Positions 62,863 to 64,000 of a stretch of 64,000 nt of DNA are shown in pieces (position 1 is the stretch's first letter; every line of letters begins with the position of its first letter). The DNA comes from an uncultured Planctomycetota bacterium. Its GTDB lineage: Bacteria; Planctomycetota; Planctomycetia; Isosphaerales; Isosphaeraceae. Where the stretch lies: positions 1,216,001-1,280,000 of the forward strand of contig CAWGMQ010000004.1 of assembly GCA_963823665.1 (NCBI GenBank), given 5' to 3'. The translations under genes and the position numbers were made by a program. The notes under the pieces are model-generated. The model made no database searches. It had not been told where the DNA came from and saw only the letters and a list, made by a program, of their open reading frames with translations.

Positions 62863-64000
62863 CTACCGGCGCGACGGAACGCCCGATGCCACGTTTGAAT
62901 CATCCTCGAGCATCTTCAGAACACCGGCGGAGGCTCGGCGAACCTCGGGCTCGGGGTCGGTCTCTTGTCGCGCGCGAATCGCCGGGATCGCTGCCGCGGC
63001 GCCGGCCCCGAACCGCGCCAGGGCCATGAGCGCCGCAACTCGCGTCTCCTTCGATGGCGATGCCACACCGTTTTGTGCAAGCGCGGCGACCACGATGTCA
63101 CTCGAGGCCGTGCCGGGGCCGATCTCGCCCAGGACTCGTGCGGCGGCCTTTCCGTTCTCGAGCTGCCCCTTGTCATCGTTTGACTGTTTCAGCGCGGCGA
63201 TCAACTCGGGAATTGCGCCCTCCGCCCTCGGGCCGAATGTTCCTAGAGCATCAATGGCCCAGCGAGCGCTTTTTCCGCGAGACGAGATGGATTCCCTCAA
63301 GACTTCGATCACCTTGGGGGCTGCTTCCGTTCGGTCGGCGATAAAGCTGAGCGCGTTCGCCGCGGCCGGCCCATTCTCCCACACATCGTCAATCAATTCC
63401 GCTTGTTTCATGACACGAATGAGCGCCGGAATCGCGGCTGTCCTCGCGGCGATGCGGCGGCCGTCTTTGAGCGCATGAATCGCTGCAAACTTCCGCGCTG
63501 GATGCCCGGCCTCCAGTACTTTGAGTAGCGCGGCGACGATCTCAGAGGACTGCGGTTCGTCGGGTCGACCATCCCCAAGCGTCGCGAGCACGTCTCCCAA
63601 TACCCAGGCGGCTACGCACGCCGGATCCCACGTCGAAGGGTTCCGCTTGCCGCGGCCGAGTCTCTCGAGATCAAGTGGTTCTTTCTCGAGAATCGCAATC
63701 AAACCGGGAACGGCAGTCCGGCGTTCTGCGCCGAAAGAGTTGATGGCCGAGGCCGCTACGAACCGCATCTGGATGTCCGGGCTCGAAAGCGCGGCGACGA
63801 GCGCCGGCACGCACGCGCCCGTGGCCGCCGGCGGACGCAGCTTTACACATGCCTGGACATAAGCCATTCGCTCGGAAGAGCCGGCATCCGAGCGTTCAAG
63901 TCCTCGAATCAGATGCGGGACCAGTTTGTCGATGCCACCGCGAAACCTCGTAAGCACGTCAATCGCGATCAAACGAACCGGAACGGATTCGTCATCAAGA
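62863..64000 (-). CDS. HEAT-repeat protein, C-terminal part (truncated by window edge)
   Basis: Repeated VPAL/AIP.LI..L, AA..LG.IGP and VR.AA motifs. Confidence 0.85.
   Translation of the reverse strand, partial: LDDESVPVRLIAIDVLTRFRGGIDKLVPHLIRGLERSDAGSSERMAYVQACVKLRPPAATGACVPALVAALSSPDIQMRFVAASAINSFGAERRTAVPGLIAILEKEPLDLERLGRGKRNPSTWDPACVAAWVLGDVLATLGDGRPDEPQSSEIVAALLKVLEAGHPARKFAAIHALKDGRRIAARTAAIPALIRVMKQAELIDDVWENGPAAANALSFIADRTEAAPKVIEVLRESISSRGKSARWAIDALGTFGPRAEGAIPELIAALKQSNDDKGQLENGKAAARVLGEIGPGTASSDIVVAALAQNGVASPSKETRVAALMALARFGAGAAAAIPAIRARQETDPEPEVRRASAGVLKMLEDDSNVASGVPSRR

Overview
GC-rich chromosomal segment with hallmarks of a planctomycete, most consistent with Isosphaeraceae/Gemmataceae (inference from ASPIC/UnbV, LEPR-XLL-type export motifs, and ECF sigma factors paired with Ser/Thr kinases). 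Many otherwise intact genes, including cytochrome c oxidase subunits, carry single-base frameshifts, which points to uncorrected long-read errors rather than pseudogenes. Left to right: phosphoketolase C-terminus, serine hydrolase, CRTAC1/ASPIC protein flanked by REP-like hairpins, SDR, DUF1801, DUF2891, DUF1579 and a small cytochrome c'; a sigma54 two-component system divergent from an operon with a recognisable -24/-12 promoter and paired enhancer sites (secreted helical protein, MFS, anion permease, internally deleted MFS, metallophosphoesterase); an ECF/kinase-TPR pair with two copies of the same putative ECF promoter, one of which drives a 48-aa orphan LEPR-XLL stub; a ~2,870-aa exported RHS/YD protein with an internal cargo segment; a second ECF/kinase pair; a menaquinol-type bc complex plus caa3 oxidase operon with a CtaG-polyferredoxin fusion; an ABC system with an NMT1-OmpA fusion; a carbamoyltransferase coupled to a RaSEA-like CX7CX2C radical SAM enzyme and an SDR; a perfect 34-bp-arm palindrome filling the spacer before a BlaI/M56 pair; and a third ECF/kinase pair flanked by HEAT-repeat genes. 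No rRNA, tRNA, CRISPR array or transposase was seen. All family assignments come from motif recognition, not database searches.
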